A stretch of 64,000 nucleotides of DNA, from NCBI RefSeq assembly GCF_025370845.1, contig NZ_JAMXFF010000042.1; one strand, 5' to 3'. The DNA comes from Laspinema palackyanum D2a (GTDB lineage: Bacteria; Cyanobacteriota; Cyanobacteriia; Cyanobacteriales; Laspinemataceae). Shown in pieces: positions 29,772 to 40,933 of the stretch. A model generated the notes under the pieces. It was not told the origin of the DNA. It did no database searches and worked only from the letters and a program-made list of their open reading frames with translations. Made by a program: the position numbers and the translations under genes. The stretch's first letter is position 1; each line of letters opens with the position of its first letter.

Positions 29772-30737
29772 TCACCTTGGATGGATGCTGCCCTGAGAAC
29801 GGGTCATTTCAAAGAGTTGGGCGGCGTTGGGGCCTAGGAACCCTTGAAAGAGTTGAGGATGTCCTGGGGTGGGTTCGATCGCAAATCGTTGGGCGATTTC
29901 ATAATAAGCGTAAGTCCAAGGAATTTGCAGAAAAGGACCCTCGGGCCGACTGCGGACGGTGACGGATTCCTCTACCGCCTGGGTTGCAGTTTGACGTAAT
30001 CCGACTTCCGCAGTCCCTTCGATTTCCGCCTTCATGGGAACACCTCTATCCCGGAGTGCTTGGGCCGTGGTTTCGATATCCGGGTAAGCGGGGGTATTTT
30101 GGCGGTTCACATAGCCGGTAAAATGGTTGACGGTATAGCCATGCAGCAACACCCAAGCCCCATACTGACTCACGGCATTGACCTGTTCCAGGTGCGATCG
30201 CAACGGAGGCATCCAGGGACGAACAAACAGGCATTTGAGTCGCTGGGCCAGAATGTGAGGGTCCGTGGGGTGACTGTCCATCCCCCGTAAGTCTTGAATA
30301 GCAGACTGGCACTCTAATAACCCCTCCATATCTAAACCCGACTGCACACTGGTTTCCAGAGGCGATCGCACCTCCGACGGCAACTGATCCACCATTAACT
30401 CACTGATAAACAATTTCGGCAAATCAAACTCATCCTGTTGGGGATGGCGATAGTGACGCGCATAGAGGTGTTGCGAGGGGAAAGATAACTCTCCCATCTG
30501 CACATAACCCAACCCATCCAGAACCCGTTCCAAATGAGGGATACCTAAATTCACCGTTCCCATCGCCGTTTCAATGGAGAGGGCCAGGGAACGAAAGGCG
30601 ATATGATCATTAGCAACGGTTCCCCCCGCTTCAGAGATGGCGGTCTCGTAAATTCGGGCGTAGGGAACACGGTGACTGTAGTCTAGCCAGAGTTGATGCC
30701 ATAGCGCTTGGGCGATTAATGCAGGTTTCATCGTCAT
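29772..30737 (-). CDS. DUF1338-family protein (short form of the HglS/YdcJ 2-oxoadipate dioxygenase/decarboxylase family). Tentative.
   Basis: NDHIAFRSLA... and ...LLHGYTVNHFTGYVNRQNT resemble the conserved His-containing segments of YdcJ/HglS, as remembered. No alignment was run. Confidence 0.4.
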   Translation of the reverse strand: MTMKPALIAQALWHQLWLDYSHRVPYARIYETAISEAGGTVANDHIAFRSLALSIETAMGTVNLGIPHLERVLDGLGYVQMGELSFPSQHLYARHYRHPQQDEFDLPKLFISELMVDQLPSEVRSPLETSVQSGLDMEGLLECQSAIQDLRGMDSHPTDPHILAQRLKCLFVRPWMPPLRSHLEQVNAVSQYGAWVLLHGYTVNHFTGYVNRQNTPAYPDIETTAQALRDRGVPMKAEIEGTAEVGLRQTATQAVEESVTVRSRPEGPFLQIPWTYAYYEIAQRFAIEPTPGHPQLFQGFLGPNAAQLFEMTRSQGSIHPR

Positions 30738-30759
30738 GCCTCCAGGAATTGTGAGATAA

Positions 30760-31110
30760 ACACCGGCGGGGGTTAAAACCCCCGCCTAACAGCTAAAGTC
30801 GGTTGAAACTGACATCTTGCACCTGTTGCAACAACCGGCGGGGGATTAATCCCCCGCCTCATAGCTAAAGTCGGTTAAAACCGACTAAACATCCCACGGG
30901 ATAAGACGAGCAGTCGTCTTTAGACGACTTTAGCTGTTAGGCGGGGGTTTTAACCCCCGCCGGTTGTTGAGAATGGTGCAAGATCTCAGTTGAAACCGAC
31001 TAAAAGTATTATGGGATGGTGTTTTTAGTCGGATTTATCCGACTTTAGCTATGAGGCCGCCAATCGTTTAAACCCCCGCCGGTTGTTGCAACGGGTGCAA
31101 GATCTCAGTA
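30760..31110. repeat. Several copies of the CCGGCGGGGGTT(A)AAACCCCCGCC / AGTCGGTT-AACCGACT palindromic element family
   Basis: Seen directly. The same building blocks appear at 29053-29280. Confidence 0.75.
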
Positions 31111-31177
31111 ATCCCCAACATTGTGGTTAAGAAACCAGGTTTCTTGTCCCTGTGACCCATGCAACAACCCCAAGGGA

Positions 31178-32497
31178 TTACCCTGTTGTCAACAGTTTGG
31201 CGAAACAGGCGTCGAGAATCTCTAACGCCACCTGAATTTGTTCAGCATCAACCACCAACGGGGGACAAAAGCGGATAGCGGATTTGCCACAGCCAATCAG
31301 TAACAGTCCGTGATAGAATGCCTCATCGATCGCGCGATCGCGTAAGGACGGGTCAAAACCCCCAGATTCATCGAGTAAATCCACCGCCACCATTAACCCT
31401 TTCCCTCGTGGTTGTGAGAGTTGGGGATAGCAGTGGGCTAATTTCCTCAACCCATCCTGTAATAACTCACCCATCTCGGTGGCATTGGCGATCGCCCCTT
31501 GAGTGAGGATCTGTAACGTCGCATTCGCTGCGGCACAAGCAACGGGATTCCCGCCAAAGGTAGTGGCGTGAGAACCCGGGGGCCATGTCATCAATTCTGG
31601 ACGAGCAAGAATTGCGCCGAGGGGTAATCCACTAGCAATCCCTTTCGCCAGGGTAATGATATCGGGCATGACATTCCAATGTTCCACGGCGAACAACTTG
31701 CCCGTGCGACCCATGCCCGATTGTACTTCATCCACCACCATCAAACAGTGATGGCGGCTGCAAATTTCCCGAATTCGGGCCAGGAATCCATCTTCTGGAA
31801 CCAGATATCCCCCTTCCCCTTGAATCGGTTCGACAACGATCGCCGCCAATTCCTCCGGGGGTAACACTGTCTTAAACAGTTGAAACTCTAGGTAATCTAA
31901 ACTAGCATGAGTGCCGTAGGGAATATGGGTGATTCCCGGTAACAAGGGCCCAAATCCTTGGCGCTGCACTGCCTTTGAACCCGTGAGAGACATGGCCCCA
32001 AAAGTGCGCCCGTGGAATGCTCCTAGAAAGGCGACAACCTGAGACTTTTTTGTAGCATAGCGGGCTAATTTGAGCGCCCCTTCGTTGGATTCTGCCCCAG
32101 AATTGCTGAAAAAGACCTTGGCACCGGCGGGAAAGGGGGCGAGTTTTGCCAACTGTTCCGCCAGTTCCACCATTGGTTCATAGTAAAAATCGGTCCCCGA
32201 CATATGTAGCAACTGGGCTGCCTGAGCTTGAATCGCTTGCACCACCACCGGATGAGCGTGTCCGGTGGCGGTTACCGCGATGCCTGCGGTAAAGTCAAGG
32301 AAGACATTGCCATCCACATCTTGGATCGAGCAGCCCTCTCCTCGGGCTACGACTAGGGGGTATCCCCGGGTATAGGAGGGAGAAGTCACGGCGCGATCGC
32401 GCTGGACCAGTTCTTGGGCGCGAGGTCCCGGTAAGGGGGTGACCAGATGGGGCCTCCGAGGTAAGGATTGGTCCGTTAAAATTTTATCCATAGCCAT
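31178..32497 (-). CDS. Class-III pyridoxal-phosphate aminotransferase (GabT / acetylornithine aminotransferase-like)
   Basis: ...[30 protein letters not shown]...[15 protein letters not shown]...[14 protein letters not shown]... includes the catalytic Lys region. Length 439 aa. Confidence 0.8.
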   Translation of the reverse strand: MAMDKILTDQSLPRRPHLVTPLPGPRAQELVQRDRAVTSPSYTRGYPLVVARGEGCSIQDVDGNVFLDFTAGIAVTATGHAHPVVVQAIQAQAAQLLHMSGTDFYYEPMVELAEQLAKLAPFPAGAKVFFSNSGAESNEGALKLARYATKKSQVVAFLGAFHGRTFGAMSLTGSKAVQRQGFGPLLPGITHIPYGTHASLDYLEFQLFKTVLPPEELAAIVVEPIQGEGGYLVPEDGFLARIREICSRHHCLMVVDEVQSGMGRTGKLFAVEHWNVMPDIITLAKGIASGLPLGAILARPELMTWPPGSHATTFGGNPVACAAANATLQILTQGAIANATEMGELLQDGLRKLAHCYPQLSQPRGKGLMVAVDLLDESGGFDPSLRDRAIDEAFYHGLLLIGCGKSAIRFCPPLVVDAEQIQVALEILDACFAKLLTTG

Positions 32498-32948
32498 TCC
32501 ACTCGAATGATTTATTAATGCCTACTCGACGCGATTCTGCGATTCTAATAGACCTCTTGCAAAAAAAAGGATTGATCCCCCCAACCCCCCTTAACAAGGG
32601 GGGCTTTAAAGAATTTTGCAAGAGGTCTAATGTAATTAAACTTACCCGGGGAGCAAGTGGAGTTGACTTCAGAACAATTTGAGGAGAAAATAAAGCCAGC
32701 CAAGCTAAGTATATTTACTGGGTAAATCCGGGTTAAGTGGGTTTTATCCGTTGGTTTCCCCAGAAATCAAGTCAAAATTCTAAAATGGTAGGCATAGAAC
32801 GAAAAAGAGGCTGAGGTTAAATCGGAACCTGGGGTTAGCACAAAACAAGGAAAAAAGCACCTCTCTCTATGATGAAGCAGTTTCTTAACGTTCTCCTGCT
32901 CGCGCATTGAAAGTGCCATCCCCAAGATCGAGACTCCTCTGAATCCCA

Positions 32949-35900
32949 ATGAAAATAAGTCCATCGGTCCTCCTGCGTCTATTGAGCAAACTGCCTCAGC
33001 TTTGCTACCCCAGAAACCAGTATTCAACGCCATTGCTACAATTCCTGTACCCACTGGGCATTGCCCTTGTCAGTGTCACCCTCGCCACGGCGATTAAAAG
33101 CGCCATAGCACCCTTAATTTTACGGGAAAGCCCATTTTTGGTGTATTTTGCGGCGATTATGGTCAGTGCGTGGTTTGGGGGCAAGAAAGCGGGACTGATA
33201 GCCACCCTTGGGGCAGGATTAGTCAGCAGTTACTTATTTTTATCTCCCCTTTATCCCCAGATAGAAAGTAGTCCGGGCCAAACATTCCGGTTAATTTTAT
33301 TTCTAATGGAAGGCTCGGCAATCGCGATCGCCATCGGTTCATTGCAACAAAAGAAACAACAGTGTTCCCAAAGTGCTAAAACTGCTCAAAGACATCTCGA
33401 ATCGTTTCGGCGCAGCGAACAGCAGTTTCAGTTGTTGGTAGAGGGCATCGAAGATTATGGACTTTATATGCTCGCCCCCGATGGACGAGTAAATAGCTGG
33501 AATCCTGGAGCAGAACGCCTCAAAGGGTATGCACCCGAGGAGATTATTGGCCAACATTTTTCCTGCTTTTATCCCCCAGAAGCGGTGGCCCAAGGTCAAC
33601 CGGAACGAGACTTAAAACAGGCGGTAGAACAGGGACGGTTAGAACAAGAAGGAGAACGACTGCGAAAGGACGGAACCCGCTTTTGGGTCCATGAAGTGAT
33701 TACGCCTTTATATGATAACCAGGGTAATCTTTATGGGTTCTCTAAAATTAGCCGGGATATCACCCAAAGCAAGCAGGCTTCGGCGGCACTCAGAGCTAGT
33801 GAACAACGGTTTAAAACCCTCGCTGAATCGACAGTGGAAGGGATTTTATTTTATCAGGGCGATCGCATAATGGCCGTAAATCCCTCCTTGGAAAAAATAT
33901 TTGGATATGACCCGGACGAACTGAACGGACGGCCTTTAGCCTATATTTTTACCGAGGAGACGGTCGCCTTAATGTTAGAGGACGGGCAATGGACACAGGA
34001 GGGAGCATCGGAAGCGGTCGGGATCAAAAAAGATGGGACAACGGTGATCCTAGAAGCGGTGATGCAACCGACCCTCTATTTGGGTCACTCCGTATGGATG
34101 GCATCGGTGCGGGACATTAGCGATCGCAAACGGGCAGAAGCGGAACTCCAACAAACCTTGAAAGAATTATCCGATTTCCAATTTGCTTTAGATAAATCAG
34201 CGATTGTGGTGACGACTGATGCTAAAGGAACGATTCAATATGCTAACGATAAATTTAGTGAAATTTCTAAATATTCCCAAAGTGAATTGATTGGACAAAA
34301 CCATCGGTTGGTCAATTCCGGCTATCATTCTAAAGAATTTTTTCTCAATCTCTGGGCAACCATTGCTCGCGGGGAAGTGTGGCGAGGAGAAATTAAGAAT
34401 CGGGCTAAAGATGGGACTTATTATTGGGTGGATACGGCGATCGTGCCGTTTTTAGATAGTCACGGAAAACCCTTCCAATATTTAGCCATCCGCTATGATA
34501 TTACCCAACGGAAACAGGCCGAAGAATCCCTGCGCGACAGTGAAAAACGGTTCCGGGATATGGCAGATACGGCCCCGGTGCTGTTGTGGGTAGCGGATTG
34601 CCAGGGGCGGTGGACCTTTTTAAATAAATGGGGCTTAAACTTCATTGGCGCGCGACTGGAAGGGGAGCCTGACCTCAACCATTGGGGTCGGATCCATCCC
34701 GAGGAGCAGGGCCAGTGCCTCTTGAGTTACCAACAAGCGGTGAAAGCCAGCCAATCCTTTACCCAAGAATACCGCTTGCAACGAGCGGATGGAGCCTATC
34801 GCTGGGTGCTAGAAACGGGAGTTCCCCGGTTGAGTCCCGAGGGCAATTTACTGGGGTTCATTGGGTCGGTGATCGATATTACCCCCCTCAAACAGGGGGA
34901 AGCGGAACGGATTCAACTCTTGCAACTGGAACAAGCGGCCCGAACTCAAGCCGAAGCCAGTGAGCAGTATTATCGATTTCTGAGCGAAGCGATTCCGCAA
35001 ATGGTTTGGACCGCCCTACCGGATGGGACCGTAGATTACCTGAGTCACCGCTGGAGTGAGTACACCGGCTTCAGCGAGACGGAACTTTTAGGCTGGGGAT
35101 GGGAGCCGATCGTGCATCCTGACGACTTGGCGGAATGTCGCGAAAAGTGGACCGTTTGCCTGGAAAACGGACAACCTTATGAAATAGAAGCGCGGATGCG
35201 TCGGGGTGGCGATGGCGCTTACCGTTGGCATCTGGGATTAGCGGTGCCCATGCTGGATCATCAGGGGGAGATTGTCAAGTGGTTTGGAACGAATACGGAC
35301 ATTCACGAACGCAAGGAGGCACAGCAAGAGCGCATGGAGTTGTTGGAACGGGAGAAAGCGGCCCGAATTTTGTCCGAACGGGCGACGACAATGGTGCATC
35401 GGTTACAAGCGATTGTGGATGTGGCGATCGCCCCTTTGTCTCTCCATGATCTGCTCCAAGAGTTGCTCGATCGCCTCACGGTGGTATTAGAAGTCGATGC
35501 TGCCGTTATTTTATTGACCAATGAGGACCAAACGGCCCTAATAGTGACCGCCACCAAAGGCTTAGATTTAGAGCAACCCCTCTGTGCTAGTATCCCCATC
35601 CCGATCGGGCTAGGGTTTGCGGGAAAAATTGCCCAGACTCGGGAACCGATGCTGATTGAGCGCAATGCTCATACTCAAGTCCTTAGTCCACTGTTCCGAC
35701 ATAAAAAAATCGAGTCGATTATGGGGGCACCGATGCTGTTACAAGACCGGGTGCTTGGGGTACTCCATGTCAGTACCGAGTCGTCGCGAGAATTCATGGC
35801 AGAAGATGTCTATTTGCTGCAACTGGTGGCCGATCGCGTCGCACTTGCTATTGACCGGGCCAACCTCTATGAGGCCCAGCAGCAAGCCCGCGATCGCGCC

Positions 35901-37055
35901 GAAAAAGCCAACCGACTCAAGGATGAATTTTTGGCGATCGTCTCTCATGAATTGCGGACTCCCCTCAACTCCATTCTCGGCTGGGCGCAATTACTCCGTG
36001 CGCGCACCCTGAAAGAAGAGACGCGAAATAAAGCCCTGGAAACCATCGAACGCAATGCCAAGCATCAGGTGACTTTGATTGACGATATCTTGGATGTCTC
36101 GCGGATTGTTCGCGGAAAAATTCGCCTCACCCGAGTTCCCTTGTATCTGGAAACTCTGGTGGAACAGGCGATCGCCACCCTGACTCCGGCATCGGAAGCA
36201 AAATCCATTGAAATCCATACCCAGTTCAACTCCGACGGACAGCCGATTTTAGGGGATAGTAGCCGTCTCCATCAAATTGTCTGGAATCTGCTCTCTAATG
36301 CCGTAAAATTCACCCCCAATGACGGACGGGTGACGGTGGCGATTGATCGGGTGGGGAATTACCTAGAATTTCGGGTTCAGGATACCGGGATTGGAATTAG
36401 TCCGGACTTCCTACCTCACGTCTTTGAGGGCTTCCGCCAAGCCAACAGTTCCTCCACCCGCACCCACGGGGGTCTCGGTCTAGGCTTAACTATTGTGCGC
36501 TACCTTGTCGAACTGCATGGGGGGACCATCTCTGCCTTCAGCCTGGGAGAAGGTACCGGCTCAACCTTTACCGTAGCACTCCCCATCGGAATCTCCCAGA
36601 ACTCTCACCCCGAGCCCGATTCCGTGACTTGGGACGAGAAAGCAATGGCGAACCATTCGTTCAACCTCGCCGGTTTACAGGTGCTGGTGGTGGATGACGA
36701 TCGCGATACGGGAGAGTTGATTGCTCAAGTCCTAGCGGAATATGGAGTCCAGACGACGGTAGTTTTATCGGCTGCCGAAGCCTTAGCCGCTACCGAGCGA
36801 TCGCGTCATGATATCTTAATTTCCGATATCGGAATGCCCGATGAAGACGGCTATGTTTTGCTCCGCAAAATTCGCCAGCGTGAGGCGGGATACTCTAAGC
36901 CTATTCCGGCGATCGCCTTGACCGCTTTCGCTCGGGAAGAGGATCGTCAACAGGCCCTTTTAGCCGGATTTCATCTTCATGTTGCTAAACCTGTGGAACC
37001 CTTGAAATTAGCAACTGCCCTCGCGGAAATTGCCCAACAAACAGGCTTAATCTAA
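32949..37055 (+). CDS. Hybrid sensor histidine kinase: N-terminal membrane domain (DUF4118-like), multiple PAS/PAC domains, GAF, HisKA, HATPase_c and a C-terminal receiver
   Basis: H-box FLAIVSHELRTPLNSILGW. HATPase motifs (...GLGLGLTIVRYLVELHGG...). Receiver LQVLVVDDDRDTGELIAQVL...DIGMPDEDG. Repeated PAS signatures. Confidence 0.8.
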   Translation: MKISPSVLLRLLSKLPQLCYPRNQYSTPLLQFLYPLGIALVSVTLATAIKSAIAPLILRESPFLVYFAAIMVSAWFGGKKAGLIATLGAGLVSSYLFLSPLYPQIESSPGQTFRLILFLMEGSAIAIAIGSLQQKKQQCSQSAKTAQRHLESFRRSEQQFQLLVEGIEDYGLYMLAPDGRVNSWNPGAERLKGYAPEEIIGQHFSCFYPPEAVAQGQPERDLKQAVEQGRLEQEGERLRKDGTRFWVHEVITPLYDNQGNLYGFSKISRDITQSKQASAALRASEQRFKTLAESTVEGILFYQGDRIMAVNPSLEKIFGYDPDELNGRPLAYIFTEETVALMLEDGQWTQEGASEAVGIKKDGTTVILEAVMQPTLYLGHSVWMASVRDISDRKRAEAELQQTLKELSDFQFALDKSAIVVTTDAKGTIQYANDKFSEISKYSQSELIGQNHRLVNSGYHSKEFFLNLWATIARGEVWRGEIKNRAKDGTYYWVDTAIVPFLDSHGKPFQYLAIRYDITQRKQAEESLRDSEKRFRDMADTAPVLLWVADCQGRWTFLNKWGLNFIGARLEGEPDLNHWGRIHPEEQGQCLLSYQQAVKASQSFTQEYRLQRADGAYRWVLETGVPRLSPEGNLLGFIGSVIDITPLKQGEAERIQLLQLEQAARTQAEASEQYYRFLSEAIPQMVWTALPDGTVDYLSHRWSEYTGFSETELLGWGWEPIVHPDDLAECREKWTVCLENGQPYEIEARMRRGGDGAYRWHLGLAVPMLDHQGEIVKWFGTNTDIHERKEAQQERMELLEREKAARILSERATTMVHRLQAIVDVAIAPLSLHDLLQELLDRLTVVLEVDAAVILLTNEDQTALIVTATKGLDLEQPLCASIPIPIGLGFAGKIAQTREPMLIERNAHTQVLSPLFRHKKIESIMGAPMLLQDRVLGVLHVSTESSREFMAEDVYLLQLVADRVALAIDRANLYEAQQQARDRAEKANRLKDEFLAIVSHELRTPLNSILGWAQLLRARTLKEETRNKALETIERNAKHQVTLIDDILDVSRIVRGKIRLTRVPLYLETLVEQAIATLTPASEAKSIEIHTQFNSDGQPILGDSSRLHQIVWNLLSNAVKFTPNDGRVTVAIDRVGNYLEFRVQDTGIGISPDFLPHVFEGFRQANSSSTRTHGGLGLGLTIVRYLVELHGGTISAFSLGEGTGSTFTVALPIGISQNSHPEPDSVTWDEKAMANHSFNLAGLQVLVVDDDRDTGELIAQVLAEYGVQTTVVLSAAEALAATERSRHDILISDIGMPDEDGYVLLRKIRQREAGYSKPIPAIALTAFAREEDRQQALLAGFHLHVAKPVEPLKLATALAEIAQQTGLI

Positions 37056-37302
37056 TCCCAAAATTTCAGATTCCCTCTTGATACGCAGAAGTTCTGACGG
37101 TTTCAACGCTAGAATTAAAATTAGGGAAGCACCCGTTCGTCGTCAGGCGATGTTCTCAAAGTCAGACTCGGGGGATTTTCTCCCCATTAAAACCTATCCC
37201 TGCCCTTGGGATCTGGAAGAGTATTTAGGTTGTAACCGACTTCATGAATTTAACCTTTTTCAATGTCAAAAACGAGGGTGGAAAGACTCATGAATTTAAT
37301 GA

Positions 37303-40300
37303 TTGATGATTGAAAACGTTATGAAAAAAATTAATCTTAATCTTGCTACTTTTAGTCCAGAAACTGAGGAAATAGGATTAAAAAATCCCCCCCAACCCAA
37401 CAGTAGCCAGCCCCAAAAAATCTTATTCGGTAGTAGTATAGTCGGGTTCCTAGCCCTCTTAACTCTCCTGCTCTGGCCCGACCTGCTGGCGAATCTCTTC
37501 GCAAAGGATGGGTTTATTCCCCACGGCCATTGTTATCTCTGGAAGCCCTCGTTAGTATGGCTTCATGTGACATCAGATACCCTGATTGCCGTCGCCTATG
37601 TCGCCATTTCGACTAGCCTTGCTTATTTTGTTTATAAGGCGCGGCCAAATATCCCCTTCCATTGGATGTTTTTGGCCTTTGGGGCCTTTATTATCGCTTG
37701 TAGCATGACCCATTTTCTGGCAGTCTGGACCTTATGGAATCCCACCTACTGGTTATCGGGAAATGTGAAATTACTCACCGCCCTGGCCTCAGTTACCACG
37801 GCAATTTCTTTACCCCCGTTAATTCCCCGAGCCTTGAAATTATTGGACTCGGCGCAGGTTTCTGAAGAACGCCGCTTGAATCTGGAACGGGCAAACCAAG
37901 AACTGCAAACCCTTTATGGTCAGCTTAAGCAACTGGATCAACTCAAAAGCCAATTTTTCGCCAATGTTAGTCACGAATTGCGAACCCCCCTGGCCTTAAT
38001 TTTAGGCCCGACTCAGAAGTTACTCGGCGATCGCCAACTCTTGGAGGAACAACGCCGGGACCTGCTGGTAATCGAACGCAATGCCCGAATGCTGCTCAAA
38101 CAGGTTAATGATCTCCTGGATATCTCTAAGCTAGAAGCAGGCAAGATGGAACTGGCAGCCGTTCCCCTGGACTTGGCGAGTCTGATCCGCCAAGTGGCAG
38201 GGAACTTTGACGCTTTAGCCCTCGAACGGGAAATTACCCTAAGCATCCAGACTCCCGAGTCCTTGGGGACTCAATTGGACCGCCAAAAAATCGAGCGGGT
38301 GGTTTTAAACTTACTCTCCAATGCGTTTAAGTTCACCCCCCCGGGAGGCCAAATTGACTGTTCCCTGTCTCTGGAAGAGGGGGAGGGAGAGAACAACCCG
38401 GTGACGATCGCCATCCAAGATAGTGGTCCAGGGGTTCCCGCGCAACTGCGCGAAACCATCTTTGAGCGGTTTAGCCAAATTGAAGGGGGGAGTACCCGTC
38501 GCTTTGGCGGGACGGGGTTGGGATTGGCGATTGTCAAGGAATTTGTAGAACTTCATCAGGGGACCATTACCGTCTCCGATGCACCCCTAGGGGGGGCGAT
38601 GTTTAAGGTCCAGCTTCCCCTAGAGGTTTTCCCAGATCTCCCTAAAACCGCTTCCGAATCTTCCCTCTGGGAGGAGTTGGCTGAATCGGCGCTCGCGGAA
38701 CTGAAGCTCGAAGTCGAGACAACTCCCTCGATTCTCGTTGCCAATGACCCTCGCCCCCTGGTTTTAATTGTGGAAGACAACCGGGAAATGAACCGCTTTG
38801 TCTGCGATATCCTGGGACGGGACTATCAAATTGCTACGGCGTTTAACGGACAGGAAGGGTGGGAACAGGCACTCACTCTGCATCCGGATTTAATCCTGAG
38901 TGATGTGATGATGCCCGAAATTGGCGGCGATCGCCTGGTGTCTTTATTACGCAGTAATCCAGATTTCGCCAATGTTTCCATTATCATGTTGACGGCGAAA
39001 GATGATGATGATTTGCGGGTACAGTTATTGCGCGAAGGGGTCCAAGATTATCTGATGAAACCCTTTTCCGTGGAAGAACTGCGGGCGCGGGTGGGCAATG
39101 CGATCGCCATTAAACGGGTGCGGGATTTGTTACAGCAGGAGTTGACTTCTCAAAACTCCGATGTAGAAGTCCTCGCCTCGGAACTGGCTTTACATAAGCG
39201 CGAACTGGAAGCCGCCCTGATTCTCCAACAGCAACAGTCGGAAGAATTAGTTAAGGCGAATCAAATCAAGGATGAGTTTTTATCGATTGTTTCCCATGAA
39301 CTTCGCACGCCCCTCAATTCGATTCTGGGCTGGACTCAGTTGCTGCGGACTCGCAATCTGAATGAAACCATGCAGAAGAAAGCCTTGGAAACCATCGAGC
39401 GCAATGCTAAACAACAGGTTAATCTGATTGAGGATATCCTGGATGTTTCTCGGATTATTCGCGGCAAAATTCGCTTACAACTGCGTCCGTTAAATTTAAT
39501 TCCGATTGTTGAAGCGGCCTTGGATACGATGATTCCGACTGCTGAATCTAAGAAAATTAAAATTGATTTTAACTTTGATCCAGCAGTCGCCTTGATTTCA
39601 GGAGATAGCGATCGCTTGCAGCAAGTGGCTTGGAATTTGTTGTCTAATGCGATCAAGTTTACCCCGTCAGGGGGACAAATTGCCGTGGCGATCGCCCAGA
39701 CGGATTCCTATATTACCCTCCAGGTTCAGGATACGGGAATTGGCATCCATCCAGACTTTCTCCCCCATATTTTTGATGGATTCCGTCAAGCAGATAGTTC
39801 TACCACTCGCGCTTATGGCGGATTAGGGTTAGGATTGACCATCGTCCGTCACTTAGTGGAACTCCACGGGGGCCAGGTCCAAGCGCTGAGTGAGGGTGAA
39901 GGCCAAGGGGCCACGTTGATTGTCCAGTTACCGATTCTGCCCAAACCGCCGCAACAGCAGGCTCTCCAGACTTCTTCCTCTCAAGAAGAGGGATTGTCGA
40001 GTCAACTCTGGGCCCTGGATGGGTTGCAGGTGTTGGTGGTGGATGACGACCCGGATACCGGGGATTTAATGGAGGCAATGCTGACGGATTACGGGGTGCG
40101 GGTTCAGGTGGTGACTTCGGTTTCTGAGGCGATCGCCCTGATGGACCAATTCAAATTTGATGTTTTAGTCAGCGATATTGGAATGCCCGGAGAAGACGGA
40201 TATCACTTAATTCACCAAATCCGCCAGTATGAAGGGGACAGCAACAGTCATATTCCGGCGATCGCCCTGACGGCATTTGCCTCGGAGGAGGACCGCGCCC

Positions 40301-40395
40301 AATCCCTCCTAGCAGGCTTTCAAAAACACCTCCCTAAACCTGTAGAAGCCGCCCAATTAGCGAAAGTCCTCGCTCAGTTAGCCTCGACTCTGTGA
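37303..40395 (+). CDS. Hybrid sensor kinase with an ethylene-binding-domain-like N-terminal membrane module, followed by HisKA-HATPase-REC-HisKA-HATPase-REC
   Basis: SDTLIAVAYVAISTSLAYFVYKARPNIPFHWMFLAFGAFIIACSMTHFLAVWTLW...LLTALASVTTAISLPPLIP is colinear with the plant ETR1 transmembrane ethylene-binding domain, including the Cys/His pair (ACSMTH vs LCGATH), as recalled. There are two H-boxes (FANVSHELRTPLALILG and FLSIVSHELRTPLNSILGW) and two receivers. Confidence 0.75.
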   Translation: MMIENVMKKINLNLATFSPETEEIGLKNPPQPNSSQPQKILFGSSIVGFLALLTLLLWPDLLANLFAKDGFIPHGHCYLWKPSLVWLHVTSDTLIAVAYVAISTSLAYFVYKARPNIPFHWMFLAFGAFIIACSMTHFLAVWTLWNPTYWLSGNVKLLTALASVTTAISLPPLIPRALKLLDSAQVSEERRLNLERANQELQTLYGQLKQLDQLKSQFFANVSHELRTPLALILGPTQKLLGDRQLLEEQRRDLLVIERNARMLLKQVNDLLDISKLEAGKMELAAVPLDLASLIRQVAGNFDALALEREITLSIQTPESLGTQLDRQKIERVVLNLLSNAFKFTPPGGQIDCSLSLEEGEGENNPVTIAIQDSGPGVPAQLRETIFERFSQIEGGSTRRFGGTGLGLAIVKEFVELHQGTITVSDAPLGGAMFKVQLPLEVFPDLPKTASESSLWEELAESALAELKLEVETTPSILVANDPRPLVLIVEDNREMNRFVCDILGRDYQIATAFNGQEGWEQALTLHPDLILSDVMMPEIGGDRLVSLLRSNPDFANVSIIMLTAKDDDDLRVQLLREGVQDYLMKPFSVEELRARVGNAIAIKRVRDLLQQELTSQNSDVEVLASELALHKRELEAALILQQQQSEELVKANQIKDEFLSIVSHELRTPLNSILGWTQLLRTRNLNETMQKKALETIERNAKQQVNLIEDILDVSRIIRGKIRLQLRPLNLIPIVEAALDTMIPTAESKKIKIDFNFDPAVALISGDSDRLQQVAWNLLSNAIKFTPSGGQIAVAIAQTDSYITLQVQDTGIGIHPDFLPHIFDGFRQADSSTTRAYGGLGLGLTIVRHLVELHGGQVQALSEGEGQGATLIVQLPILPKPPQQQALQTSSSQEEGLSSQLWALDGLQVLVVDDDPDTGDLMEAMLTDYGVRVQVVTSVSEAIALMDQFKFDVLVSDIGMPGEDGYHLIHQIRQYEGDSNSHIPAIALTAFASEEDRAQSLLAGFQKHLPKPVEAAQLAKVLAQLASTL

Positions 40396-40555
40396 AAGAG
40401 GAGTTGGAAAATCCGGCTATCCACCATTCCCCTTCAGAGTTAAGATAAGGGCATGAACAAATTCGGGGCGAAATGAAGCGGACCCGCGATAAAGCTGGCT
40501 CCCTCAATCTCAGGGTTAGAGCTTGACTGCCAATCCGATAGAAGGACGCAAGGCA

Positions 40556-40933
40556 ATGGCAAAAATTTTGATTGTTGATGACTCTACCCTTTCTCGGGGA
40601 ATACTGCGTCGCATCCTCCAGACCGAAGGCTACTCGATTATTGAGGCCAAAAATGGATTGATGGGCATTGAGAGTTACTATATAGAAAAACCCGATCTCG
40701 TCTTACTAGATATCGCGATGCCAGATATGCAGGGAACCGAAGTGCTGGAAAAATTACTCGCCTTCGACGATCGCGCCCGGATCGTGATGGCAACTGCTGA
40801 CCTGCAAGAACTGACCCGCGCTTCCGTGATGGCAGCCGGAGCATTGGGATATCTGACTAAACCCTATAATCCCGATGCGGTTCTGGAGATGGTCAATCAG
40901 GTCCTCCAAGGAATCCCGGGAGGGGTAGGATGA
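40556..40933 (+). CDS. CheY-like single-domain response regulator
   Basis: MAKILIVDDSTLSRGIL...DLVLLDIAMPDMQG...YLTKP receiver signature. Confidence 0.8.
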   Translation: MAKILIVDDSTLSRGILRRILQTEGYSIIEAKNGLMGIESYYIEKPDLVLLDIAMPDMQGTEVLEKLLAFDDRARIVMATADLQELTRASVMAAGALGYLTKPYNPDAVLEMVNQVLQGIPGGVG

